From an uncultured bacterium (GTDB lineage: Bacteria > Patescibacteriota > Minisyncoccia > Phycocordibacterales > Phycocordibacteraceae): DNA of 64,000 bases. Every line of letters begins with the position of its first letter. Position 1 is the first letter of the stretch. A program made the translations under genes and the position numbers. The notes under the pieces were generated by a model that saw only the letters and a program-made list of their open reading frames with translations, did no database searches and was not told the origin of the DNA. Below are positions 1-7,890 of this stretch, one piece after another. The stretch is from positions 8,681-72,680 of the forward strand of contig CAMTWI010000002.1 in assembly GCA_947085505.1 (NCBI GenBank). Reading direction: 5' to 3'.

Positions 1-150
1 GGCGGTACAATTGGAGGCCTTGTCGTGAGTCAGCTTATGGGCACCGCGCCCTCAACCGGATACGCTGGCTCCTGTCGTCCGTGGGGACCGGGACAGAATT
101 GGTGTGATTCATCATCTAATACCTACTACTGTCTCTGTAACCCATACTAG
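1..150 (+). CDS. 3' end of a truncated gene; Cys-rich secreted or pilin-like C-terminus (uncertain)
   Basis: Frame 1 is open from the window edge to TAG at 148-150. It translates to ...GYAGSCRPWGPGQNWCDSSSNTYYCLCNPY. This Gly/Cys/Trp-rich tail resembles the C-terminal parts of the two pilin-like proteins at 3892-4377 and 5419-5940. Confidence 0.25.
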   Translation, partial: GGTIGGLVVSQLMGTAPSTGYAGSCRPWGPGQNWCDSSSNTYYCLCNPY

Positions 151-159
151 GCCTCGTGC

Positions 160-165
160 TAAACT
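160..165 (+). promoter_or_regulatory. -10-like hexamer TAAACT, 7 nt upstream of the ATG at 173
   Basis: Sequence reads TAAACT cttgttc ATG with no Shine-Dalgarno (SD) motif in between. Confidence 0.3.
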
Positions 166-172
166 CTTGTTC

Positions 173-1168
173 ATGAGTATAGATATTCTCGCCATTGGCG
201 ACATCGTTACCGAACCATTTATCCGCCTCACGGACGCCCATGTCGAAGACATGAAAGATTCCGACGCGAAGCAGTTGTGCATGCGCTTCGGCGACAAGAT
301 TCCGTACGAGTATGCCGAGCTTGCGGTTGCGGTAGGCAACGCGAGTAACGCTGCTGTAGCGGCTTCCCGCCTCGGACTTTCGGCATCGCTTCGTTCCTAC
401 GTAGGAGACGATAGGTATGGTCCTGAATGTATTGCGAAACTTGTCGAGGAGGGCGTTGATACCTCTCTTATGGTTACGGAGGCTGGCAAGGCCACGAACT
501 ATCATTACGTCCTCTGGTATGGCAGCGAACGCACCATCCTCGTGAAGCACGAGGAGTTTGCGTACACAGTGCCGGAACTGTCTGAGAGTCCAAAGTGGTT
601 GTACCTCTCCTCACTTTCAGACAACTCACTTCCGTACCACGAAGCAATCCTCGAGCTTCTCAAGAAGCACCCTGAGACGAAACTCGCCTTCCAGCCAGGA
701 ACCTTCCAAATCAAGCTCGGCAAGGACGCCTTGAAAGGTCTCTATGAGCGCAGCGAGCTCTTCTTCTGCAACAAAGAGGAAGCGCAGCGCATCTTGAGTC
801 TTCCAAAGGAAGACGATATGGGTATCCTCCTCGAGCAATTTGCGGCACTCGGCCCAACGATTGTTGTTATCACGGACGGACGTGAAGGCGCGTATGCATA
901 CGACGGCACACGGAAGATGCACGTACCTATGTACCCGGATAGTCGTGCACCCTTCGAGCGCACCGGTGCCGGCGACTCCTTCGCGGCAACCGTAACCGCC
1001 GCACTCTCGCTTGGGAAGCCGCTCGAAGAAGCGCTTCTGTGGGGACCCATTAACTCGATGGCGGTAGTGCAGGAAGTCGGTGCACAAAAAGGCCTGCTCA
1101 CACGCCAGAAGCTCGAAGAATATCTGCGCGTTGCTCCTCCAGAGTACAAGATCTCAGACCTCGTCTAG
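173..1168 (+). CDS. PfkB/ribokinase-family carbohydrate kinase
   Basis: ORF 104-1168. The first ATG at 173 gives MSIDILAIGDIV, a typical family N-terminus. The C-terminal TGAGDSFAA motif is the ribokinase-family anion hole. Confidence 0.8.
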   Translation: MSIDILAIGDIVTEPFIRLTDAHVEDMKDSDAKQLCMRFGDKIPYEYAELAVAVGNASNAAVAASRLGLSASLRSYVGDDRYGPECIAKLVEEGVDTSLMVTEAGKATNYHYVLWYGSERTILVKHEEFAYTVPELSESPKWLYLSSLSDNSLPYHEAILELLKKHPETKLAFQPGTFQIKLGKDALKGLYERSELFFCNKEEAQRILSLPKEDDMGILLEQFAALGPTIVVITDGREGAYAYDGTRKMHVPMYPDSRAPFERTGAGDSFAATVTAALSLGKPLEEALLWGPINSMAVVQEVGAQKGLLTRQKLEEYLRVAPPEYKISDLV

Positions 1169-1169
1169 C

Positions 1170-1198
1170 AAAAACTCCCGCTCGTAGCGGGTTTTTTG
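1170..1198. terminator. bidirectional rho-independent terminator
   Basis: Sequence aaaaactCCCGCtcgtaGCGGGtttttt sits between convergent genes. It has an A-run on one side and a T-run on the other. Confidence 0.7.
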
Positions 1199-1393
1199 CT
1201 ATTCCACGGGACTTGGTGTGGGAACATTGTGTCCTTTCTCAAAATCCGCATCAGCCGCGAACGGATTAAATGGCTCCTGTTCATACGCGCTGTTGCTTGA
1301 GTTAACAGCGTCAACAATGAGCGCGATAGCACCAAGTGCGAGCACAACAATAAGGACTATGGCTGCGTAGGACGTGAGCTTCTTCCCTTTCAT
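1199..1393 (-). CDS. small single-pass membrane protein (hypothetical)
   Basis: 64-aa ORF MKGKKLTSYAAIVLIVVLALGAIALIV... It has a basic N-terminus followed by about 20 hydrophobic residues. It is the last gene of the minus-strand operon, directly before the terminator. Confidence 0.45.
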   Translation of the reverse strand: MKGKKLTSYAAIVLIVVLALGAIALIVDAVNSSNSAYEQEPFNPFAADADFEKGHNVPTPSPVE

Positions 1394-1400
1394 ATAAATA

Positions 1401-2390
1401 TCAGTATATACCCAAGGACGTGCGTACTGCTGCCACTATTCCTGGAGCTGTGAGGCCGTAGTGCTTAAGTAGCTCTTCTGGCTCTCCCGACTGCCCGAAT
1501 ACATCCTTCATCCCAAGACGCGTTACGGGGACTGGATACTGCTCGGAAAGAAACTCCGCAATCGCGCTTCCCAATCCCCCGGCTACCTGGTGCTCTTCTA
1601 TCGTTATGACGCGCCCAGCGCGCCGTGCCGCCTCTTCAACCTTCTCTTTGTCGAGTGGCTTAACCGAAGGCACATGGAGCACGGTAACCTCAATGTTGTC
1701 GGACGCTAAAGCACGTGCGGCAAGCAGCGCTTCGTAGGAAAGAGCGCCAGTACTCATGAGCGCAACCTTGGGTTTCGTACTCTCCCAAAGCTGGAGTGCT
1801 TTGCCGATCTCAAAAGGACTGTCAGTTGTTGTAAATACCGGCGTTGGTGCGCGTCCGAAGCGTAGATAGGTAGGCGTCTTTGATTCAGCAGCAGCGGCAG
1901 TTGCCTTCCTTGCTTCCTCTGCGTCTCCCGGAACTATTACATTCATACCGGGCAGCATACGCATCATGCCAATGTCCTCGAGCATCTGATGGGTTGCGCC
2001 ATCCGGACCTACCGACACACCCGCATGCATACCACAGACAACAACCGGCTGCTGGTTTAAGGCAATCGTTGTCCGGATCTGCTCGTAGTTACGTCCGGGA
2101 CTAAAGGCTGCGTAGCTCGCAATAAACGGACGCTTTCCAACCGCTGCCATACCGGCCGCAACCGTTGCCATATTCTGCTCTGCAACACCAACTTCAATGA
2201 AGCGGTCGGGGAATTCCTTCTCGAACCATTCAGCACGTGTACTCTCTTTAAGATCCGCACAGAGCACCACAACATTCGGGTCCTTCTTGCCGGCTTCAAC
2301 TGCACCCAAACCGAAGCCGTCGCGGGTCGCTTTCTTCTCTACGTCCTTTGAGAAGAGATCAGTATGAAGGTGTGCGTTTTTGTTAAGCAT
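1401..2390 (-). CDS. transketolase, C-terminal (pyrimidine-binding) subunit
   Basis: Motifs FIEVGVAEQNMATVAAGMA and GPDGATHQMLEDIGMMR. Start trimmed to the ATG at 2390 (MLNKNAHL...). Confidence 0.9.
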   Translation of the reverse strand: MLNKNAHLHTDLFSKDVEKKATRDGFGLGAVEAGKKDPNVVVLCADLKESTRAEWFEKEFPDRFIEVGVAEQNMATVAAGMAAVGKRPFIASYAAFSPGRNYEQIRTTIALNQQPVVVCGMHAGVSVGPDGATHQMLEDIGMMRMLPGMNVIVPGDAEEARKATAAAAESKTPTYLRFGRAPTPVFTTTDSPFEIGKALQLWESTKPKVALMSTGALSYEALLAARALASDNIEVTVLHVPSVKPLDKEKVEEAARRAGRVITIEEHQVAGGLGSAIAEFLSEQYPVPVTRLGMKDVFGQSGEPEELLKHYGLTAPGIVAAVRTSLGIY

Positions 2391-2397
2391 ACGAATA

Positions 2398-2676
2398 CTA
2401 TCGCACACTCACCTGCACTCGGAGATCAAGGGCGTCTGAAAGACGCTGAATAAAGGCAAGTGTGGGATTGGAGTTCCCTGCCTCAAACCGAGCAATCGCG
2501 GATTGCTTGGTTCCTATCTTCTTAGCCAGCTGCGCTTGCGTTACTCCTTTTATAGTGCGAGCTCTGATAAGCGCATCGATGAGTGCAAACTCAAGTTCAA
2601 GTTCATCATAGGATTTCTTAAAACCTGGTTTTCGTAGGAGTTTCTTTTGGAGCTCAGTGTGGCGTACAAGTTTCAT
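2398..2676 (-). CDS. XRE-family HTH antitoxin (HigA-like)
   Basis: 92 aa. The segment GVTQAQLAKKIGTKQSAIARFEAGNSNPTLAFIQRLSDAL is a classic XRE/Cro HTH. It lies directly downstream of a RelE/HigB-like toxin gene. Confidence 0.8.
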   Translation of the reverse strand: MKLVRHTELQKKLLRKPGFKKSYDELELEFALIDALIRARTIKGVTQAQLAKKIGTKQSAIARFEAGNSNPTLAFIQRLSDALDLRVQVSVR

Positions 2677-2682
2677 AAAGAG

Positions 2683-2688
2683 AGTATA
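2683..2688 (-). promoter_or_regulatory. -10-like hexamer TATACT, 6 nt upstream of the antitoxin ATG
   Basis: Minus strand reads TATACT ctcttt ATG. A 7-bp inverted repeat gtataac/gttatac (2684-2703) overlaps it. Confidence 0.4.
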
Positions 2689-2697
2689 ACGTATATG

Positions 2698-3012
2698 TTA
2701 TACGTCTGCAAGTACCTCCTTCTGTACTGCACGTGCGTGCGCTATATCCTTTGCCGAAAGAGCATTGCGTTTCTTTATAAGCGCATGCAGTATGATCGCC
2801 TGATTATTATGGAAACAGTAGAGGAGTCTCACCTGTACGGCTCCAAGGACACGTAATTCAAACAGATTGCGTGCTATTGATCGCGAATACGGCATTCGCA
2901 GGGTATGACCAAGCGCCTCAAGCAAATCGAGAGTTTTCTTCGTTCGCGCATCTAACGGATTGGGGAGGTCTTGAATAAACTGTGCTGCTTTGGGAACGTA
3001 GACGACCTCCAT
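2698..3012 (-). CDS. RelE/ParE-superfamily toxin (HigB / Gp49-like)
   Basis: 104 aa with LRMPYSRSIARNLFELRVLGAVQVRLLYCFHNNQAIILHALIKK, typical of Gp49/HigB-type toxins. The toxin-first gene order matches HigBA. Confidence 0.7.
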   Translation of the reverse strand: MEVVYVPKAAQFIQDLPNPLDARTKKTLDLLEALGHTLRMPYSRSIARNLFELRVLGAVQVRLLYCFHNNQAIILHALIKKRNALSAKDIAHARAVQKEVLADV

Positions 3013-3015
3013 ACA

Positions 3016-3873
3016 CTACGCGTATTCGTTTGGTACCCTTCCGGCTCCGTTGCGGAGCTCTTTCATAAAGCGTGCAGCCTCTTCCTTTGTTGGCGGCTTG
3101 CCATGCCATTTGTAATCGTATTCAATCTCAGGAACTCCCTTGCCCGGAATCGTATGCGCAATAATGAGGGTCGGTTTCTCGGGAATCGCACGTGCATGAT
3201 CACAGGCATCAACGAATGCTTCGATATTATGCCCGTCTATTTCCATTACGTGCCAGCCGAACGCTTCGTACTTCTCCTTAAGAGAGTTAAGCGGCATCAC
3301 ATCCTCGGTCATACCATCTATCTGGATGTTGTTGCGATCCATAACGGCAGTTAGGTTGCCAAGCTCGTATTTGGACGCAAACATAACCGCTTCCCAGGTG
3401 TTCCCCTCCTGCTGTTCTCCGTCCGACATCATGACAAACGTACGGTTCTTCTTCCCGTCCATCTTGAGTGCAAGCGCAATACCGGCAGCTTGCGAGAGTC
3501 CGCTCCCAAGAGGCCCCGAGGTTGTCTCAAGTCCCGGAAGACGGTCTCGTTCAGGATGTCCTTGAAGTCTCGAACCGAACTTGCGAAGCGTAAGGCATTC
3601 TTCAACTGGAAAATACCCTGCATGTGCCATAGCGGAGTAGCGAACCGGCACCGTGTGCCCGTTCGAAAGAATCAATCGATCACGCTCTTCCCAGTCCGGA
3701 TTCTTCGGATCATGTTTGAGTATATGAAAATAGAACGCCGCAAAGAGGTCACTCATACCAAGTGGACCCGCAGTGTGTCCACTTCCGGCTTGTACGAGCA
3801 TGTCGAGAATAGTCTCGCGGATTGCTTCTGCACGCGTCTCAATATTCTTAATGTCGGTGTCAGTGAGCGCCAT
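3016..3873 (-). CDS. transketolase, N-terminal (thiamine-diphosphate-binding) subunit
   Basis: Motifs GSGHTAGPLGMSDLFAAFYF, LSNGH and MSDGEQQEGNTWEA. Confidence 0.9.
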   Translation of the reverse strand: MALTDTDIKNIETRAEAIRETILDMLVQAGSGHTAGPLGMSDLFAAFYFHILKHDPKNPDWEERDRLILSNGHTVPVRYSAMAHAGYFPVEECLTLRKFGSRLQGHPERDRLPGLETTSGPLGSGLSQAAGIALALKMDGKKNRTFVMMSDGEQQEGNTWEAVMFASKYELGNLTAVMDRNNIQIDGMTEDVMPLNSLKEKYEAFGWHVMEIDGHNIEAFVDACDHARAIPEKPTLIIAHTIPGKGVPEIEYDYKWHGKPPTKEEAARFMKELRNGAGRVPNEYA

Positions 3874-3891
3874 GCTCCTTACGATATCATG

Positions 3892-4377
3892 CTAGTTGGC
3901 CGAAGACTTTGAGTATAAGTTCCCTCCCCACCAAGAACAGGTGTTCGTGGTGCCATCTAGCCATATTGCAGGAACACCTGAGCCGCACGTACCCTGCGGA
4001 TTCTCCATAGAGGTCCCGAGGAAATATGCTGATCCGGTTGAGTAGTAATGAAATGGAACGAGACCGCTTGAGGCGTACGGAGTGAGATCATGTGGCTGAG
4101 GATTGAGGTACGTCTGTAGCCCTGGTATCCAATTCGCCTGCTGCGTATCCACACACCATCCATCCGATCGACAACCTGCACTTGGTGGATAAGAACCGTT
4201 GGCGTCGTAATAGAATGCGAGCGCAAGAACTATTTGATTCATCGCTGCCTTTCGGCTCGCGTCGCGCGCCTTTGCACGTGCCGTATTCAAAGACGCGAGC
4301 ACTACTGACGAGAGCATACCGATGATCGCAATCACCACGAGGAGCTCAATGAGGGTAAATCCGCGGTCTTTCTTCAT
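3892..4377 (-). CDS. type IV pilin-like protein (prepilin N-terminal cleavage/methylation domain)
   Basis: An internal ATG at 4377 gives MKKDRG|FTLIELLVVIAIIGMLSSVVLASL, a class III signal peptide. The longer ORF to 4566 has an implausible N-terminal extension. Confidence 0.8.
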   Translation of the reverse strand: MKKDRGFTLIELLVVIAIIGMLSSVVLASLNTARAKARDASRKAAMNQIVLALAFYYDANGSYPPSAGCRSDGWCVDTQQANWIPGLQTYLNPQPHDLTPYASSGLVPFHYYSTGSAYFLGTSMENPQGTCGSGVPAIWLDGTTNTCSWWGGNLYSKSSAN

Positions 4378-4381
4378 ACAT

Positions 4382-4645
4382 CTATCGAGGAAGCGGCTCA
4401 ACAAACCCGTTCTTCGCCCGTAGCTCGTCAGGTGTGTACTGCTTGTTCTTGCTGCCCCCAAAGAGTGAGGAAAGTGCGAACACCATAATAAGGAACGCAA
4501 TCCCCGCAACCGCAAGGAGCACATATTCCGCATTCTTCTCATCTTTCGCAAATCCCCAGCGCACAACGAGTCGTACGAGTGCCGGCGACTGCGTAAGAGA
4601 TGGTACTGAAGCTATTGGCTCTTCGTCAAAAGATACGCCTGACAT
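4382..4645 (-). CDS. small membrane protein, paralog of 5943-6197 (hypothetical)
   Basis: 87 aa starting MSGVSFDEE, then GFAKDEKNAEYVLLAVAGIAFLIMVFAL. It shares MxxVSF(D/E)EE and GFAKDEK plus a TM helix with the 84-aa ORF at 5943-6197. Confidence 0.55.
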   Translation of the reverse strand: MSGVSFDEEPIASVPSLTQSPALVRLVVRWGFAKDEKNAEYVLLAVAGIAFLIMVFALSSLFGGSKNKQYTPDELRAKNGFVEPLPR

Positions 4646-4651
4646 AGGTAT

Positions 4652-4657
4652 ATTCTA
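4652..4657 (-). promoter_or_regulatory. -10-like hexamer TAGAAT, 6 nt upstream of the ATG at 4645
   Basis: Minus strand reads TAGAAT atacct ATG. Confidence 0.4.
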
Positions 4658-4666
4658 GCGTACAAA

Positions 4667-5389
4667 CTATTCGTAGAGACCGTGCCGCTGTGTGAGCTCA
4701 TTAAATTCCTGATACCGACTCCCGAGGTCTGGCGCTTTCCAGAGTGCAGACCCAACAACAAGCCGCTTCACGCCAGCATCAAGAAGCTTCGGCGCATTCT
4801 CAAGCGTAACCCCGCCGTCCACTTGTATCTCTATAGTTGGATAGCGCTTCCGAAAGAGCGCAATCTTTGCTAAGACACGCGTATCAAATGGCTCTCCCAT
4901 ATGTCCAATCTTTCGTATGCCCATGAACTGTACGTAATCGATCTTCTTCAGGTGCGGCTCAATAAGCGCAAGATCAGTCTCAATACCTATAGAAAGACCA
5001 AGTGCAAGGAGTCCTGGCGCAAATTCTGCATCGTGTCCATAGGTGCCATAAGTACTTGAAAGGAATCTCGGAATATAGCGCGTGCTCTCGCTATGCACCG
5101 TGAGTCTCGATGCTCCGAGTCCAATCCATGCACCAGCGGCACTTTCTGGATCAGCACTCATTAAATCAATCTCGAATGTAAGCTCCCCTGCGTACGGCAA
5201 CAGCTCGCCATCTGAGAGCATCTGATCAGGTTCTTTAGGGTCAGTACTGTAGGGCCAACTCGGTGGACCCGCAAACACGCCGTCTACAATATCAATCTGC
5301 ACCTCTTCGCATACCCCAGAGAGTTGCGAGAGTTTTTCTTCGAGGTCTTTTCGTGAGGTCGGGATAATAGCTGGAACGATGATTCCCAT
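4667..5389 (-). CDS. ribulose-phosphate 3-epimerase-like TIM-barrel protein
   Basis: Start trimmed to the ATG at 5389 (MGIIVPAIIP...). QIDIVDGVF and QVDGGVTLENAPKLLDAGVKRLVVGSALW match Rpe-family motifs. It carries an insertion relative to canonical Rpe. Confidence 0.6.
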   Translation of the reverse strand: MGIIVPAIIPTSRKDLEEKLSQLSGVCEEVQIDIVDGVFAGPPSWPYSTDPKEPDQMLSDGELLPYAGELTFEIDLMSADPESAAGAWIGLGASRLTVHSESTRYIPRFLSSTYGTYGHDAEFAPGLLALGLSIGIETDLALIEPHLKKIDYVQFMGIRKIGHMGEPFDTRVLAKIALFRKRYPTIEIQVDGGVTLENAPKLLDAGVKRLVVGSALWKAPDLGSRYQEFNELTQRHGLYE

Positions 5390-5395
5390 AGCTCC

Positions 5396-5401
5396 AGTAT
5401 A
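5396..5401 (-). promoter_or_regulatory. -10-like hexamer TATACT, 6 nt upstream of the ATG at 5389
   Basis: Minus strand reads TATACT ggagct ATG. Confidence 0.4.
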
Positions 5402-5418
5402 CCGCCTGAGTGTTGGTA

Positions 5419-5940
5419 CTAATTTTCGAAACGCCCCGTTACCCAACTGAACTCGCTTTGCCAGTTGCGCGTTGGGCACGACCATCCCGGACTTGTTGCA
5501 TGTCGAGCAGTCCCCGCCGTGTCGCTCGTACGGAATCCAAGGACGTAGAATGCTCCTCGCGATACATCACATCCTTCGTAGCCTGCCGGATAGCGATAGT
5601 ACGAAAAGTTTCCGCACGCGCTTTCATAACTCGCGTTCGAATCCTTCACCGCAGGGGTGAGGCCTCCCGAGACTAAGGCGTCAATGAACGTTGAAGAACT
5701 ACCGCTCGAGTGCCATCCTCCACATGATCCTCCTCCTACTGATGGATACACATTGTTTGTGAGTAGATAGAGATCCAGTCCCGTCCCGAGCGAATTAATT
5801 GTTGCCAGCCGAGAGGCGTCGTTTGCTCTGCCTCGTGCACTATTTAAAGAGGCGAGAACAACCGAGGACAAAACGCCAATGATGGCGATTACAACGAGGA
5901 GCTCTATAAGGGTGAATCCTTTTTGTGTAGGTCGCGCCAT
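5419..5940 (-). CDS. type IV pilin-like protein (second copy)
   Basis: An internal ATG at 5940 gives MARPTQKG|FTLIELLVVIAIIGVLSSVVLASLNSAR. The C-terminal part is Cys-containing and globular. Confidence 0.8.
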   Translation of the reverse strand: MARPTQKGFTLIELLVVIAIIGVLSSVVLASLNSARGRANDASRLATINSLGTGLDLYLLTNNVYPSVGGGSCGGWHSSGSSSTFIDALVSGGLTPAVKDSNASYESACGNFSYYRYPAGYEGCDVSRGAFYVLGFRTSDTAGTARHATSPGWSCPTRNWQSEFSWVTGRFEN

Positions 5941-5942
5941 AC

Positions 5943-6197
5943 CTATTGCTGCTGGAGCTGGATGATCCGTTGTATATCGTTGTCGTCGAGTCCTTGTGGC
6001 CGATTCATGTACATCCATGCAAAGAGTCCCGCAGCCAGTACGCACCCGATAATCGCGCTCCACAACAGAAACGTACTCGCTCCCTTCTCATCTTTAGCGA
6101 ATCCCATCGCCATAACAACACCCAAAAGTCCGCTTCCTTTCGTGGAGAGGCTCTGAGGTGCCTGATATGATTCTTCTTCAAAGGAAACGTTTGCCAT
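5943..6197 (-). CDS. small membrane protein, paralog of 4382-4645 (hypothetical)
   Basis: 84 aa starting MANVSFEEE, then GFAKDEKGASTFLLWSAIIGCVLAAGLFAW. Confidence 0.55.
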   Translation of the reverse strand: MANVSFEEESYQAPQSLSTKGSGLLGVVMAMGFAKDEKGASTFLLWSAIIGCVLAAGLFAWMYMNRPQGLDDNDIQRIIQLQQQ

Positions 6198-6200
6198 ACA

Positions 6201-6689
6201 TTATCCAAGCTTCTTAATGCGACGCTGGTGTCGCTCCTCGCCCGTAAATGGTGCTTCGAGGAAAATGCGCACCGCTTCCTTTGCATCGTCTTCAGTAAGG
6301 AAGCGAGCGGCAAGCGACAGCACATTCGCATCGTTATGCTCGCGCGAAAGACGCACGATATCGTATCCATCCAGCGCTGGCGCGCCTGCTGCGTCAATGG
6401 CACCTGTTGCATGCGCCTGCCCGTAATAAAGGGCACACCGCACACCCGGTACGCGATTCGCGGCCATTGCTTCTCCCTGTCCCGAGCCCCCAATAACAAT
6501 ACCGAGTGTGCCGGGAGTAGCTACCACTTTCTTCGCACACGGCGTGACGTAGTCTGGATAATCGTCGTCCCCGTCGAGGGTTGTTGCCCCGAGATCCTCC
6601 ACCTCATACATGAGTGCATCGCGCAGGTATTCGATGAGTACGCCTTTGAGGATGAATCCGGTGTGGTCTGCAGCGATGAATATCTTCAT
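6201..6689 (-). CDS. rpiB: ribose-5-phosphate isomerase B (RpiB/LacAB family)
   Basis: MKIFIAADHTGF N-terminus, GIVIGGSGQGEAMAANR motif, 162 aa. Confidence 0.85.
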   Translation of the reverse strand: MKIFIAADHTGFILKGVLIEYLRDALMYEVEDLGATTLDGDDDYPDYVTPCAKKVVATPGTLGIVIGGSGQGEAMAANRVPGVRCALYYGQAHATGAIDAAGAPALDGYDIVRLSREHNDANVLSLAARFLTEDDAKEAVRIFLEAPFTGEERHQRRIKKLG

Positions 6690-6692
6690 AGA

Positions 6693-7739
6693 TTAAATGG
6701 TTAGCTCAGGTTCTGGGGCTACGGAATTAATCTGCATATTCCCTGCTTTGAGTACGTGCTGGACCAGGGTTGCGGTATATCCGGCTTCGTTGTCGTACCA
6801 GGCGAGGACCTTAACGAGAGTCCCATCAACGACACGCGTCATACCAAGATCTGCAATACTTGCCGCCCGCTCCCCGACAATGTCACTTGAAACGAATTCC
6901 ATATCAGACGCTTCAAAGATTCCCTGCCAGCGAGGCAAGGCAGCAGCCTTCCGGAGCACATCGTTCACTTCTTCAACGGTTGTTGCGCGTTTTGCAATGA
7001 AGGTTATGTCGGCAATAGATCCAGCAGGTACGGGAACTCGAAGCGAGATGCCATCAAACTTGCCCGTGAGTGCCGGGTACGCCTTCGTAACCGCGATAGC
7101 GGAGCCCGTTGAGGTTGGGATAATGTTCTGCGCCGCTGCCCGTCCTTCTTTCATATCTTTGGACGGTCCGTCCACAATGGACTGCGTACCGGTGTAAGCA
7201 TGCGTGGTTGAGAGAATTGCTTTCTCAATACCAATAACTTCGTCGAGAATTGCGATAACCGGGGATGCCGAGTTTGTCGTGCACGATGCGTTACTCGTTA
7301 TGGGGCAGGTCTGAAGTTTTGATTCGTCGAGTCCCATAAGCACGGTTGCGCCGAGTGGGTGCTCGTCTTTTACCGGGCCCGTGATAACCACGCGCTTTGC
7401 GCCCGCAATAACGTGCGCGTTCGCTTTCTCGTAGTTGGTGAAGAATCCGGTTGACTCAACAACAACATCAACACCAATCTCTTTCCACGGAAGCAGTGCC
7501 GGATCTCGTTCAGAAACAAATCGAACTTCCTTCCCGTTTATTGAAAGTGCGCCTTCTTTCCAGGCAACTGGAAACGGTGCACGGCCATAGACCGTATCGA
7601 ACTGCAGCAGGTATGCCAGGTTCTCCGCGGAACCGAGATCATTCACCGCAACGATCTCAATCTCTGGGTTATCCCAGGTCTGCCTAACAAATGCCCTCCC
7701 TATTCTCCCGAACCCGTTTATTGCTACCCTGATGGCCAT
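6693..7739 (-). CDS. gap: type I glyceraldehyde-3-phosphate dehydrogenase
   Basis: INGFGRIGR Rossmann motif and the SNASCTTN catalytic-Cys motif, 348 aa. Confidence 0.95.
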   Translation of the reverse strand: MAIRVAINGFGRIGRAFVRQTWDNPEIEIVAVNDLGSAENLAYLLQFDTVYGRAPFPVAWKEGALSINGKEVRFVSERDPALLPWKEIGVDVVVESTGFFTNYEKANAHVIAGAKRVVITGPVKDEHPLGATVLMGLDESKLQTCPITSNASCTTNSASPVIAILDEVIGIEKAILSTTHAYTGTQSIVDGPSKDMKEGRAAAQNIIPTSTGSAIAVTKAYPALTGKFDGISLRVPVPAGSIADITFIAKRATTVEEVNDVLRKAAALPRWQGIFEASDMEFVSSDIVGERAASIADLGMTRVVDGTLVKVLAWYDNEAGYTATLVQHVLKAGNMQINSVAPEPELTI

Positions 7740-7753
7740 GAATGAAGTGCGCT

Positions 7754-7767
7754 ACCTATATAGGTAT
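7754..7767 (-). promoter_or_regulatory. palindromic ACCTATATAGGT / shared 12-mer CTATATAGGTAT upstream of gap (candidate -10 region or operator)
   Basis: A perfect 12-bp palindrome lies 16 nt upstream of the gap ATG. A possible -35 TTGGAG sits 16 nt upstream of TATATA on the minus strand. The same 12-mer recurs upstream of secA. Confidence 0.35.
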
Positions 7768-7890
7768 AAGTTTAGCATCTCCAAAGGGCTAGGGATTTCC
7801 CTCACCCATGAGCTCTACTTAGAGAAGTGGCTCGGATTGAACTTGCCCTGTACGTAGAGAATCATGGCCTGATTGGGTAGTGAATTCGTG

